A stretch of DNA of 64,000 nucleotides from Eledone cirrhosa (lineage: Eukaryota). This document shows positions 51,511 through 64,000 of this stretch, one piece after another. How positions within the stretch are numbered: the first letter of the stretch is position 1; each line of letters starts with the position of its first letter. The DNA lies in contig OZ024741.1 of assembly GCA_964016885.1 (NCBI GenBank), positions 86,180,001-86,244,000 on the forward strand, read 5' to 3'. The translations under genes were made by a program, and so were the position numbers. The notes beneath the pieces are model-generated. The model had not been told where the DNA came from and searched no databases. It worked only from the letters and a program-made list of their open reading frames with translations.

Positions 51511-52949
51511 TGAGTGAATTGGAGCAGGGGACAATGTGCCTCCCAGTCAGGAAGCAAATTCATGAGCCCCCTAATCACTAAGCCATGTGACCAATACATT
51601 TATGCATGTACGAGGGTGAAAAAATAGAATTCATATAAGTAATAGACCAGTTTCTAAATATTTGTTTGAAGAAATAAAGTCATAATTTGTTTTCGTTTAT
51701 TTATAATGCTTGATAATCTAATTACGATTTCTTTATTTCCTATTTTATTTTTGTCAGACACAGTTTGTTCCAATTGTATGTACAAAGTTGATAGAGAAAT
51801 AACAGCATAGGCATATGTTGCAAGATTTATATTTCAAAATAATATAAATTATATATATTTAAAATTTATATTTAAAGGTTCATAGAAAAATTAAAATCAA
51901 CCAAATCGATATTTTCGTTTCAGATTGTTTTTTACATTCAGGCACTTTTGATGTTCCATACATGTGAATATTAGTTACGCTGCCATTTCCGCATGGGCTT
52001 CTCCTTACTTGTAAACGAATCTAATTCCACTTGCAAAGCCAGAAATTCAGACTATGGAACGTAAACATATTTCTTGAATATTTCCCCTAATATATCATTC
52101 ATTAACTATTTAAAAAAAAAAGTATGAATTATGAATATTTTGAATGTAACTCATTAGAATTGGCTATCATAACGGAAGAAGACAAACTAAAAATTTCGTG
52201 TGGACACTTGGCTCACGAATGTAATTTTATGTATGGCTCCTCTGCCAAGCAAATAATCAACAAAGATGAAGTGGCTAGTTAATATTGCAGTTATTTGTGA
52301 TGGAACAATTAATTGCGAGAAAAACGAAGACCTTGTAATGTATTCATTTACTCAATAATGGATTATTTAAATTCTAAATTCTCAAACTGACGGATTATTT
52401 ATTTTCAAATTGTTTTCACTCTTTTCTAAATTTATTTTGTAATATTGTGTGTTGCAATGAGCCTCGAGTCGGAAATTTACATTAGTACTCTAAAATGTGT
52501 CTTGTCAACCTTTCTTTCTTTAAAAAAAGCGAAACGATCAGTGGTCCCATTTTGACACAAACAGAAATTATATGAAATCTTTACTTATATTGCATTTACG
52601 TATGTATTTATGTTACGAATAATAATTTTTTGTCGTGTTTGCTGAACGTCAGTGAAAAGAAACTTTCTGTATAGCTGTATAATTTTATTCTTAAATAATG
52701 AAAACAGAATGGAATTACAAAATATACATTTTATAGCCATTTGATTAGAACCACTGACATCAAAAGCTCATTTTCTCGTGAAACAGACTGCGACAAGCAG
52801 GTATACAGCGATTCGTTTTACTGTGAGAAAAATGAAGTAGATGCCATCTGGAGAAAGGATTTTACGATAAACAAAAATTGTTATTGGTAGTAATCTCATC
52901 TTATATATATATATATATATAAGATAGCAGATATTGTTATAAAGTGAAT

Positions 52950-53112
52950 ATATGGAAAGAATTTGTAGACATAAGAGCAAAAGGCGGAGTACAGAGCGTG
53001 ACAAAGTTGGAGAAATGGCAGGATGTTGAGTGAAAGGGGGAGGAGATTTAGTAATGTCACCATCCACCAACAGAGGACGCTAATGTACGTGTAAAGTATT
53101 AAAGATGGCCGC
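52950..53112 (+). promoter_or_regulatory. Probable promoter/5' UTR with a YY1-like AAGATGGCCGCC site over the start codon
   Basis: Repeat-free, locally G/purine-rich; motif at 53102-53113. Confidence 0.45.
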
Positions 53113-53162
53113 CAAGACGGGGATATCCCAACTCAATTGGGAACAGCAGTCATATAATGTAG
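53105..53162 (+). CDS. Probable first coding exon of an unidentified gene (MAAKTGISQLNWEQQSYNV + phase-1 intron)
   Basis: Strong Kozak context AAGATGG, 19 open codons, consensus donor AG|GTAAGT, unique surrounding sequence. Confidence 0.65.
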
Positions 53163-54747
53163 GTAAGTCGCCTCTTCTTATTTACTACATAGAAATCTAA
53201 TGAAGTGTTGATACTTTATAATATCATCAGTTACTTGTATCTACCGATCATGATAACTAACCGATTAGCAAGTAGAATAGTGTATGTAAAAATCAAAGGA
53301 TTTTCGCTGAAATAGTTATTTTCATTTTTCTGTGTAAAATATATTTATTTTTTATATTTGTCGAACAATATAGCATATTCAGTCAGTATATATTAGTATT
53401 TGAATAATCACTATTCCTTTTGCATGTTTGTTTCATACTTCTGCGTTTTATTTAATAAACATCTATCTACATATATGGGTGGAAAATAAATGTTATAATC
53501 GGAAGAATATAATAACTAATTATATATGATTAAGTTTATTTTGCCATCTAGAGTTTGATATTGTTGTATCCCCTTCAACAGGTCTTGCACTGAAAGACTG
53601 TAAAACAAGACTGAAATGTTTGCTAGTATATATATATAGACACATATATATATATATATACATAAATATATATATCTGTATATAGTGTAGTTAATGGTAC
53701 GATGCTGTTAGTAGTTGTTAGTTGCCGTGTAAATAGTAGCAGTTTTGAAAGTAGTAGTATGAGTAAGCGATGGCGAAGTGTCTACTTGGTGTTGTGACCT
53801 AAATTTTGTGAGAAGCTTGACTGTTCAACAATTATATTCAGTTAGAAAGGATACAGACATATAGAGAAATCTGTATGTTTGAGAGATATATATATTTAGA
53901 GGGAGAGAGAGAGAGAGAGATTAACAACACATTTATTTGGTTCATTTGTCTTATTTTCTAGAAGTATTAATACTATTAAACCATTGTTAGATTCTCTTCA
54001 TCCAACAAATTCTACTGCATTTATTTATTTTGTTAGTTTCGTTTACAGAACTTTGTTATTGTATAAGTTGATCATTCATGATCAAAGTTCTTTGGTATAT
54101 ATAGTCGTCTCATCTGTTTATATGAACACACTTAACATGAAAGTGTGTGTGTGAGTGAGAGAGAATATTTTTAATTCTTTCATCTGGTAACTCGCTGTAA
54201 TCTGACGACTTTGATTTTGAATTGTAAACAATTATATTGTTTAACTGGAAATTTTATTACTTGATTTGATAATTGTATTAATTGTAAAAATGGGAATTTG
54301 CAAACCTTGAAGTAAACACATATCTAAGATATATTTTGGTTGACATATTAACGGAAGTCAATGTGCATTGGATGGAAATAATTTACAATTGTTTGTTGCA
54401 TATGTTTATGCCTTAAAAATTAAAAATAAGAAAGTGTCTTAACATTTATGTGTCGTATAATTATATCAGTTGACAGTGACGTGTAAATTGGTTGAGGGGT
54501 GAGGGAGTAATCTTTAGTATTATGTCTTGACGTCCAATGATTATTAGTTGTGTCAATTTACATATCGGGTTATAAGTAATACTTTGGACATAGAAATTGT
54601 TCTAATGAAACGTCGTATTGCTGTTTGTAAACTTAGATGTTTAAGTCATATACCCTTTTCTTGTATCATACATAGATGGGGGAAATATTTTCATTTATTA
54701 TATCTTATTGCAAGCATTTCAAAATATTTTGACAGGTTGATTTAATC

Positions 54748-54780
<33 letters not shown>

Positions 54781-55857
54781 CCATTTAGTTACATAATTGA
54801 TGGTTTCTCTCGTTTTTATTTTCAACGAATTTATTATGAGCATGTTGCTCTATATTCTAATATTTGTTGTTAGATAATGTAAATTAACTACTGTAATATT
54901 TATAAATATACGATACTGAAAAATTGAACGGAACATGTGTGCATATCGTTTTTGATATTTCTATAAATGACATGAAATATTTTGTTTTAATTATTAAATT
55001 AAGTAAATCATATTGTAAAATAAAATGTATGGTTGTTTTTCAGTTCTATTATTTCATTTCTATTGATTTTCAAGTATTATTTATTTATATTAAGTCTTAA
55101 TTTAATTTGTTGACCTTAAATTCTCTGAAGGTTGTATGCAAAAAGTGTTGCTTAAGGCCCTTGTTAGAAAATTTTAAGCTTTAAAATTATTTTAGGAGAT
55201 CTGTATAGGCATGGCAGAAAACGCCTTTTAATTACTATTTGTTCAATTTTTCTAATACATATGGCATTGTGACGACTACGCAAATTATTCTGTAAATGAA
55301 TACTGGTTCAACTTATAGTTGGTTTTTTAAAATCATTTTGTAGAGCCGGTTAATAATTCTTCCTAATTTTAGTTTGTATACGTAGTTGTGTATTTATTTT
55401 AAAGCATATTCGAATAGACCTGTTCCTCAAATTCAGTCTTCTCATCACAGGAATTTTAAGGTTTTATGCGCTGCTGCTTTAGATATATTATAGTGTTTTA
55501 ACAGTGACAAAATCGGTGACAACAATTTAAATGATATTCAAGTAAATTCTGTTTGACACAATGTCGGAATATAGAGGAAAATGTAAACTGATATTGAAAC
55601 TACTTGATTTGATCTTGATAAACAGTTAAGCGATATTAGTTTAGCTATTTTTGTTTGTTTTGGTTTGCATAATCAGATTTTTTACGATACTGTTGTTTCC
55701 ATTAATGGAAAACGAGACTACATTTTAAAATAAAATGAAATCAAGGATGTTTTTCATATTCTTTGAGGACATGCTTTTTAAGTGAGATCATTATGGAGTA
55801 TGGATTTATAAATTATATTCAATATTTTAATTGCATTCGTACTAAAAATAACAAAAA

Positions 55858-55939
55858 TGGAATTTTAGGAGGTTAGATGTTGAAGTTATCAAATGAATAG
55901 TCATTTGAGAACTTCAACATCTAACCTTCTAAAATTCCA
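55858..55939. repeat. 82-nt hairpin, 39-bp arms, 4-nt loop
   Basis: TGGAATTTTAGGAGGTTAGATGTTGAAGTTATCAAATGA-ATAG-TCATTTGAGAACTTCAACATCTAACCTTCTAAAATTCCA. Confidence 0.9.
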
Positions 55940-57191
55940 CTTCATTGAAATGTTAAGCTAATATTTCATTATGATAAATTTGGCTAATGTGTATGATAAT
56001 GTTTATATGTACGTGCAAGAAATCATTTGTTTAATGTAGGACATAATTGAATCCATGTATTGTCTTACATTTATTGTAAGCTTTGTTGCTTTTAGATAGA
56101 ATTTTGAATAGTCATTTTTTCTGATTTAAGATATCCTTATTAAAATTGAAACTTTGATTGTCTTTCTGTAATTTTAATTGTTTATTTTTTAAGATTGTGT
56201 TTGAAAAATATTTCTTTGATATTTTATTACCAATTTAAGATGTATTTGATATTAGTACTTAAAAAAAATGTTTACTCGGATGTTAAATGTTTCGTGTTTA
56301 ATATTTAACAATCTCATGTTAAAATTTAGCATACAACCGTTTTGGTAATCACCAAATGTTAGTGATTTCATTATAGCGATTGATATGAATGGAGGGAGGG
56401 ATGGTCAATCTTTTCGCGTCTCTAACAGTTTGAATGTAAGAAATGAAAATGAAAATACAAAAATTTACTAAAATATTCAATATCAATAAAAAAAAAAAAA
56501 TAGACATCAATGACAGCTTCATTCAATAATTTAGATTGTTGTGCCAAGCTCAATTACCACCATTTAGAATTGGAAGCATTCAGATTGCTACTACATTGTC
56601 ATTAACAGCTTGACAGCTTCTACTTCTAACACCTTATACTCAACAGGAACTATAACACACACACACACACATGTATATATATATATATGTATATAGACAT
56701 ATATATACACACACATACAGAGAGAGTGAGAGAGAGAGAGAGATATACATAACATATACATACAGCTCTTAATATGATAAAAACTGTATATCTGATATTT
56801 AGGTACTATGACTATATATTCTCGTAGATAAAAGCTATAAATTTTGCTTTACGACATGGATTCTATGTTGCTTTTATTCATTTTGGTTTACGCATTAATT
56901 GCAATCTAATTATAATCATGTTTATTGCATTATTTGATTTGAGCAAATGGGGATAATTTAAATATTACTTTAATATTGATTTTCAAAATGAAATTAAAAA
57001 AACACATTAAAGATGCTTAGCTTCTAAATATATATATATGTGTGTGTGTCGTGAGAAATATATTCTCATATATTTAAAGTTACAGTAATTGCTTTCGAAG
57101 TTGTTTAAAAGTTTGCTTTGTCATTGGAAAATTTTTTTATGAAAAGTTGTTTAAATAAATCTTTTAGTACAAATGTTCAGAAATGTTATTG

Positions 57192-57227
<36 letters not shown>

Positions 57228-57518
57228 CCCCTTTTTTTTTTTTGCTCCCTTTTTCAGATTCTTTAAGCAGAATAAACACGAAAAAGAAATAAAGAATTTC
57301 TTTCACCTGCTTAATTCATTATTTTGGTTTACATATTCCTTCATGCTGTCATGGGGGTGGGATGGGTACAACTCACATATATATTGAGTAAATAATTTTC
57401 TTTTTAGCTTATTTTATTCTCTCATACTTTTTTTTAGGATAAACTTATTCCGAAGATGAATGTAAAAATATTTTATCCTTTTGTCTTTCTAGTTTTCTAA
57501 AAAAATATATTTTCTAGC

Positions 57519-57565
<47 letters not shown>

Positions 57566-57929
57566 TGTGTCTGTGTATGTATATGATTGGTTGTCTTCAG
57601 GTGCATTTCAAGTTGGAGTTGATGTGTGGATGTCAATTTTAAAATGTTACGAGGGTGTGTTAATCTATGGTTAAAATATTGCATAGAAAATATTCATAAA
57701 AATATATAAATAAAATAATCTTTTATGTTACATATATAGAGTGTATGTGAATACAAAATAACAGCTGCAGTGTCTCACCAGTTTAAACTTAGTTTCATGA
57801 TAAATTATGATATTTATTATATTGTTTTATTCTTGACGTTTTGAATTCATATATAATATCTTAAAATGTTTTTTGCAAACCAGTAAGATAGTTTTTATTC
57901 AGAAATTTGACTTATTCTATTTAGCAGTC

Positions 57930-60900
57930 AAATTAATCCATTCATTAGCTATACTTTCTAATGAAAGATGCATATGATTTTTAATTAATTTTGATTTAGT
58001 AATATAACTAACTTTCTCATCACATAACTTAACAAAGGTTCTTACACACACTTGTGATGGAAGGTTTAAATTTAAACATGAATACATTAAAATAAACAGC
58101 TTTGTTTCACAGAACCAAAAGTGGTTTTGGATAGTTTGGTATCAGAAGGCTAAACTTAACATATTGTTTTTAAATTAGAGATCCCTGTGTTATATCTTTT
58201 AGCTTTTTGTTTTTAGTATCCATGGGTTGACCTTTGATACCAAACTGCCCCTCATATGGTACAAAATTGTTTATTTTAATATCTATATGTGTGTCTAAGA
58301 TTTTTCCACCATAATTATATGCAAGAAAATTTCTAAAGTTATGTTCTGAACACTAGCTTAATAACAAAAACGTTATTTTACTAAATCCCTCCAAATATTT
58401 AATTATTTTCAAATTGATTTCAAAATCGTAAGCAATGTCTTTCATTAGAAATATGGTAACAAAAAAGATTAATTTGTATTTAGTCAGAACATAACAGGTG
58501 GTTGGTAGCTGTACAAAATATTATTTTGCTTCAGTGTTAGCAAGTTAGTATGTTCATTGTTGACTATTTATGGACAAGATTTCTCAAGTAACTTGGGTAA
58601 GTTCTATACAATGAGTTGCAAATGTAATTATATAGTTTTTTGGCAAAGCATATTTCTAAATTTTTCAATCAGTTCTAGCATTAGTTTTGGTTGTACGTAT
58701 GACAATTCTTGCATGCATGCATGATCCCATAACTCCTGAGGGAGTCGTAGGAGCACTGTATTGACATATGCCATTTCTAGGGCATTTTAAAACTTGATGG
58801 AACCCATCTCCTCTCCAGGTCTGAATTCCAGCAGATTTCATCCAGAGAAGGATTGAGAGTGAGAAAGAGACATAGAGCAAGAATTGACCCCTCTACTAGA
58901 CGAGTACTTTTTTCTATCAACCTCAAATGGATGAAAGGCAAAATTTACTTGAGATTTGAACTCGGAGAATAGAGAACCAAAATGAATGCCACAAAGCATT
59001 CTATCCAACATTCCAATCACTCTGCTATTTGCTGCCTTCAACAATTCTTACACACTTCTCTGCCACCTCCGTGGCTCAATACTTCCTTTCCTGCAGTGGT
59101 TCGCCCCCCCCCCCTCAATGCATCTTCAGTGCTGGTGGCGCATTCATTTGCACCCAGCCCACTTTGTAAAGTAATAGTGTTGGTGCCACAAAAAACATGT
59201 TGTCCACTCTGTAAGGTGGTAGTGCCAGAATCCTGATAAAATGCTCTTGGTACACATTGTAAAATGGTTTGTGTTAGGATGGACATCCAGCCATAGCAAC
59301 CAAGACATGATGAGCAAGACATGGTCACCTGACCTTTCTAGCCTCAGAATGACAACCCAATGGAAAACAGTGATGATTTTTCTTTTATTATAAACATAAG
59401 ATGACTGTGATATAAAATGTAGCAAAACAGTTTTAGATGAAATCCTCAAATAGTCAGCAGAAGTACATGGTTAGCTTCAGGCAAAGTGATATACTTATTG
59501 TCATTCATGTATAACATAAGTGATTAGCAAAATGTGTTATTTCAAAAATTGTATTTGAAGAAATACATATATTTAACTTTTAACATCCTGTAATGATTTA
59601 GCAGAAAAAGTATACGGAGAGGTTTGTTGATTAAAATGTTTATACTAGTTGAGTTTGTTTTGAAACTTTTCAGTATTAGAGAGTAAAAACTTCAATTTTT
59701 AATGTGATGTAGTCATCATGCTGTTTTGTAATTTTCAAGAATTTCTTGCTAATTCAGATCACACTGTTAATGTCTATTTCTTCGAAAACATTAAAAAAAA
59801 AGTATTATTTTGGAAGTGATCTCTGGTAAAAATAGAACTTGTTAAAACTGCACCTATACAACACATTTATTTCAAAATATCATTTTCTTTTTGAACAAAT
59901 ATATTATTGTGCCTTTTCTTTTAGATAAGAGTTAATAGCATATTTAACCTAAACAGATTGTTTAGCTTTAATATCATCATCATCATCATCTTCGTTTAAC
60001 GTCCATTTTCCACGCTAGCATGGGTTAGACGGGAGTTGTCCCACTTGAGGCAAGGTTGGTCGGGTGACCATGTCTCGCTCATATAGGACTATCTGGCAGG
60101 TTTTCTACGGCTGGATGCCCTTCCTAACACCAACCACATTTACAGTGTGGAACTGGGAACTTTTTACCGTGTTACCTACACGGCCACATTACAGCGTGGA
60201 CTGTGTTTTTTTCTCATGAGACCTACACGATTTTGATCTCATTTATTTGGACTGTTGTGGTACCAACTTTATAGAGAGAGGGTGGTGTTGGTGGGAGGAT
60301 AGGGTAGGGGTAGTGGATTGGGTGTATATTTGGTGAAATATATATTTTTTAAATAGATACTATCTCTAGTCTAGATTCTTGTTTTGTCATTTGATGAGCA
60401 ATGAGTAAAGTTAACCCTTTTGATACTAACCTGAAACTGCCTGTTTCTGAGATACAAAACTGTTTAAAGTGTTTATATTTATCTAAAAATCTTACACTGT
60501 AAATTTATGTTAGGACTTTTAAGTTATGCTCCAGATAGTAACTTAACCATGAGAAGTTATTTCACTAAATCCCTACAAATTCTTGATTATTTTGAAAATT
60601 TGTTAATGATAGGAAGTATCTTTCATTAGAAATCTGGTAACAAAAGAGTCAAGTATGGATAATTAATTGACAAAGTCACTGTAAAAAAAACATTATTATT
60701 GTATAGTGGTTTGGTCTTATAAATATTGTTTATGTAGAAACGGTAGAAACCCAATAATACAAGGAAATTGCAGCATTAGCTGCAGTAATGCTTCCAGTGT
60801 TAGACCATTGGTATTGAATACATCCCTTTACCTTAAACACTTTTGTGATAGTATTTCTAATAAAATACACTGTATTTGAAGAATTTAGAGGGATTTACTA

Positions 60901-61057
60901 AAATTATTAATCATTTCTTGAAGATGGTATTTGTAACATAACAAAAGGTTCTTATGTCAAATTAGGATATGTTGGAATTAAGTAGAAACTTATAGACTGG
61001 GTGATTTTGTTTCATAGAACCAGAGGTGGTTTTGGATGGTTGATACCAAAAGGGTTA
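57930..61057. mobile_element. Four decayed ~230-bp piggyBac-like MITEs (about 57930-58152, 58225-58472, 60411-60652, 60830-61057)
   Basis: Ends TTAACCCTTTTGATAC / GATACCAAAAGGGTTAA; shared TTTCATTAGAAAT.TGGTAACAAAA. Confidence 0.6.
59972..60335 (-). mobile_element. RTE 3' UTR fragment
   Basis: Closely matches 19051-19435; (GAT)n tail. Confidence 0.9.
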
Positions 61058-62215
61058 AAAAAAAGTATTACAGTGATTGCTTGGTTGAAGAGTTGAATAT
61101 TTCTTCAATTTGAAAAAGTTAATAACAACATATTGGCTTATGTTTGCATTATCTTAAAATTGAAATATTTATCTTTGTTGATAAGTAATAATTTTGTTGT
61201 CTTGCAGGTGTTAAAAGGAATATATTACAGGGTTTTTTTGTGCATGCAAACTTACTAGAATTGTTAGTTAAAACATATGGAGAGATAATACTAGATGAAA
61301 TATTTCAAAACTAGTTTTAAGACAATTCATCTAATTTTTATCAGAAGAACATTTCAGAAATTAGACATTGGTGTGGTTGTATTTAAATATTTAGAATGTA
61401 TTTTTATATATATATTTTTTTTATAATGCAAGTTATGAAAATATTGTATGAATTTGGTAGAATAAACAAAAGGAAGTGGCTAAAAAAAAAACAATGTGGT
61501 TTATTGTCATTAAATGGGAAGATTATTTCGGAATCACATGGTTTCAGGTTCAGTCCTACTGTGGGGCACCTTGGACAAGTGTTTATTACTATAGCCACAG
61601 GCTGACCAATGGCTATTAATGAAGTCAGTAGGCGGAAACTGTAAGGCAGCTTGTGAGTATTTCATCATCATCACATCATTGTTTTTATGTCCGCTTTTCC
61701 ATGCTTGCATAGGTCACTAAATGGCTTTATATTGATACTGTTTTAAAAAAAATATGCGGTGATGTTTTGAGAATGTTTTACAGTTGGATGCCCTTCCTGA
61801 TGACAACAGGGATGTGGTGTATCTATTCTAAAAACTGTAAGATGTTCTCTGGACTTTCGCAAACGTATCAACCCGCCTACACAATTATATTAACATCTGA
61901 TGGTGTCACACCAGTGCAGGTTGCTGTTGTAATGATTGCACAATCGCTCCATGCTGGTGTCAGAGAAATATGTATAATCAATAAATATGATTATGTAACT
62001 TCTGTCATTTCATACATAGTAACTCCATTGTTTGATTGCCATTGTTAAGTTGGATAGATACAACTAATATTGGAAAGCTCTTAACTACTTCAAGCTGTTT
62101 CGACGACTATTTCTGCTGTCGGGGTTAAACATTTTCCTATTACCCACTCTACTACCCTAAATATTGAGTACTCTGGTGCGTTATGGTCCTTCTGGTTCCT
62201 TACCACACTTTCTTC

Positions 62216-62253
<38 letters not shown>

Positions 62254-62289
62254 CACACATACATACATACATGCATGCATGCACACTGG

Positions 62290-63385
62290 TGTTTATGTGA
62301 GTACTCCAGCTTAAGCTGTCAACAATTACTCCAAGGTCTCTGGTGTTGTTTGATGCCATGAAGGTTTTCCAAAGTGGAATAATTGAAATTTATCCTTGCT
62401 TAGTAGCTTCATGTTTTTTGTTGCCCATTGGATAATAGCAAGCAGATCCAACTGAAAGCATGCCTGATCCCCCAATCTGTTGATGACCTTCTGCAACTTG
62501 AAATCATTTGCGAAAATACTTATCTTGCTGTGCTTGATGATATCGATGTAGATAAGGAAAAGAAGTGGGCCCAACAGAGTGCCTTGTGGGATTCCACTAC
62601 TGGCTTCGGTTGAACTTGACCACAACAGACTTGGATTTGTTTGTCAAGAAACATTTAATCCAAAGCAGTAGCTTTCCTCAGACTCCAATGTTAGATAGTT
62701 TCTTCAGCAGGATGTTGTGATCAACTCTGGCAATAGTCTTGCTGAAATCAAAGTAATTAACATCCGTGTTGGTGCCATCTCTCAAAGCTTCTAGGATGTC
62801 ATCAAAGTGATGCAGAAGTTGTGTCAGGCAGTCCCTGCCATCATGGAAGCCATGCTAGTTGGACTCCAGCAGATTGTTCCTTTCAACGAAGTAAGTTAGT
62901 TGTGATCTCACCACCCTCACAAATATCTTGATGAAATAAGAGGTGCGTGAAATTGGATAATTCACTGCTAGGGACTTGTTCCCCATTTGAAGAGATGGGA
63001 CAGGAATGTTCAGGGATATAGCTTGAATTCAGTGAGTTTCTCTAGAGATTAGTAAAAGGCAATTCTTCAAAACACGAGCAAGGAACCTACTGGGGCATAC
63101 TAGTGAGTTTTGCTTGATTTTGTTTATTGCTGCTAATATATCAGGGATGCCAAACATTGTCAGATATAGTGTTTTGGGGGTTTACATCACTGATGCTATT
63201 CAGATCAACCTTTGGAGGATTGCTGGAAACAGTAATATTGTTTCTGAAGTATCTCAGTCATAGTTTTAGCATCATCATGGAGGGTGTTATTTTCATCAGT
63301 TAGAGGGCCAAAATTTGTATTTTGGCAAATTAAAAGTTCACTTTTGAGTTTAATTTTCTCAATGACCCAGTCCTTTTCAGCTATA
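62290..63385 (-). mobile_element. CR1/L2-group LINE RT fragment
   Basis: YFDFSKTIARVDH, SSGIPQGTLLGPLLFLIYI, SKISIFAND, TRDLGVIVD. Confidence 0.85.
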
Positions 63386-63559
63386 GTTAAATGTATGTGT
63401 ATCTTCATCATCGTTTAATATCCATCTTCCACGCTAGCATGGGTTAGACAGGTTTGTCCCATTTAGAAGCATGTTGGGTTGGGTGACTATGTCTCGCTCA
63501 TATGGGACAATTTAACCCCCCCCCCCCCCACATGCACACACATACATGCGCGCTAGTTT

Positions 63560-64000
63560 ACATAGTACCAGTAGCTTGCTTGGTGATGAGGGTGAATGTG
63601 GACACCCTGTGGGATGAAAAACAAAACTCGTCAAAGGGCGGAGGTAGACAGGAGAGTCAATGGCAATCCAATGAAGTTTTTCCTTTTTTTTATGGAACGA
63701 GAAACTCCTTGTTTTCATTAAGATACAGAATTTGAGAGCGGTGTGGAAGTTGGTGCTTTGTAAAGACCTGAAGATCCTTCTTTTCGTCGATACAGTGCTG
63801 CTGTATGGGTCTGAGAATTGGATACTGACCAAGAGACTCCCTCAGATGGTACATGGATGTTATACGAGAATGCTGAGGATCGCTCTGAACATTAATCAGT
63901 ATGCACTGAGGATGAGGGACTCGGAGTTGTACAGGAGATTTCCAAAAGACAGCTCGAAAGGGACACAGAGGAGACTGAGGTTAGTTGGACATGCTCACCG
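63560..64000 (+). mobile_element. RTE-derived element: 5' UTR related to the 22538 family joined to a C-terminal ORF piece
   Basis: TTGGTGA.GAGGGTGA..GGACA.CCT..AAAAACAAAAC..GTCAAAGGGC..GAGTCAATGGC shared; VLLYGSENWILT..GCYTRMLRIAL. Confidence 0.75.

Noticed and set aside
61190-61320. Acceptor TTGTCTTGCAG as exon 2 of the 53105 gene
   Set aside because: Phase-1 frame reaches a stop with no good donor and no recognisable peptide

Overview
AT-rich, microsatellite-rich animal genomic DNA. The tRNA-derived SINE families, (GAT)n-tailed RTE LINEs and repeat mix suggest a cephalopod (Octopus-like); this is an inference, not a database match. Positions 1-51.6 kb are almost all transposon-derived: one RTE LINE with an intact 1033-aa ORF (APE-RT-PHD finger), many RTE fragments, a near-complete Tx1/L1-group LINE inside an (ATT)n microsatellite, Dong/R4, Penelope-like and Vingi-like fragments, mariner, hAT and pogo MITEs, a non-autonomous Helitron and SINEs. 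Positions 51.6-64 kb are poorer in repeats and contain a probable first coding exon (53105-53162, +) of an unidentified gene plus its long first intron, with piggyBac-like MITEs and CR1/L2 and RTE fragments. Most unusual signals: (1) a lightly decayed Helitron-type Pif1 helicase fused in frame to a complete USP/C19 deubiquitinase domain (34140-36198); (2) self-cleaving ribozyme motifs of three classes, all folded by eye and untested: about ten hammerheads on Penelope-like ends (several in fold-back palindromes, with U3-A8 and U10.1/U11.1 variants), a twister-like fold heading a short non-autonomous RTE derivative, and a 5'-truncated HDV-like motif overlapping the start codon of the intact RTE.
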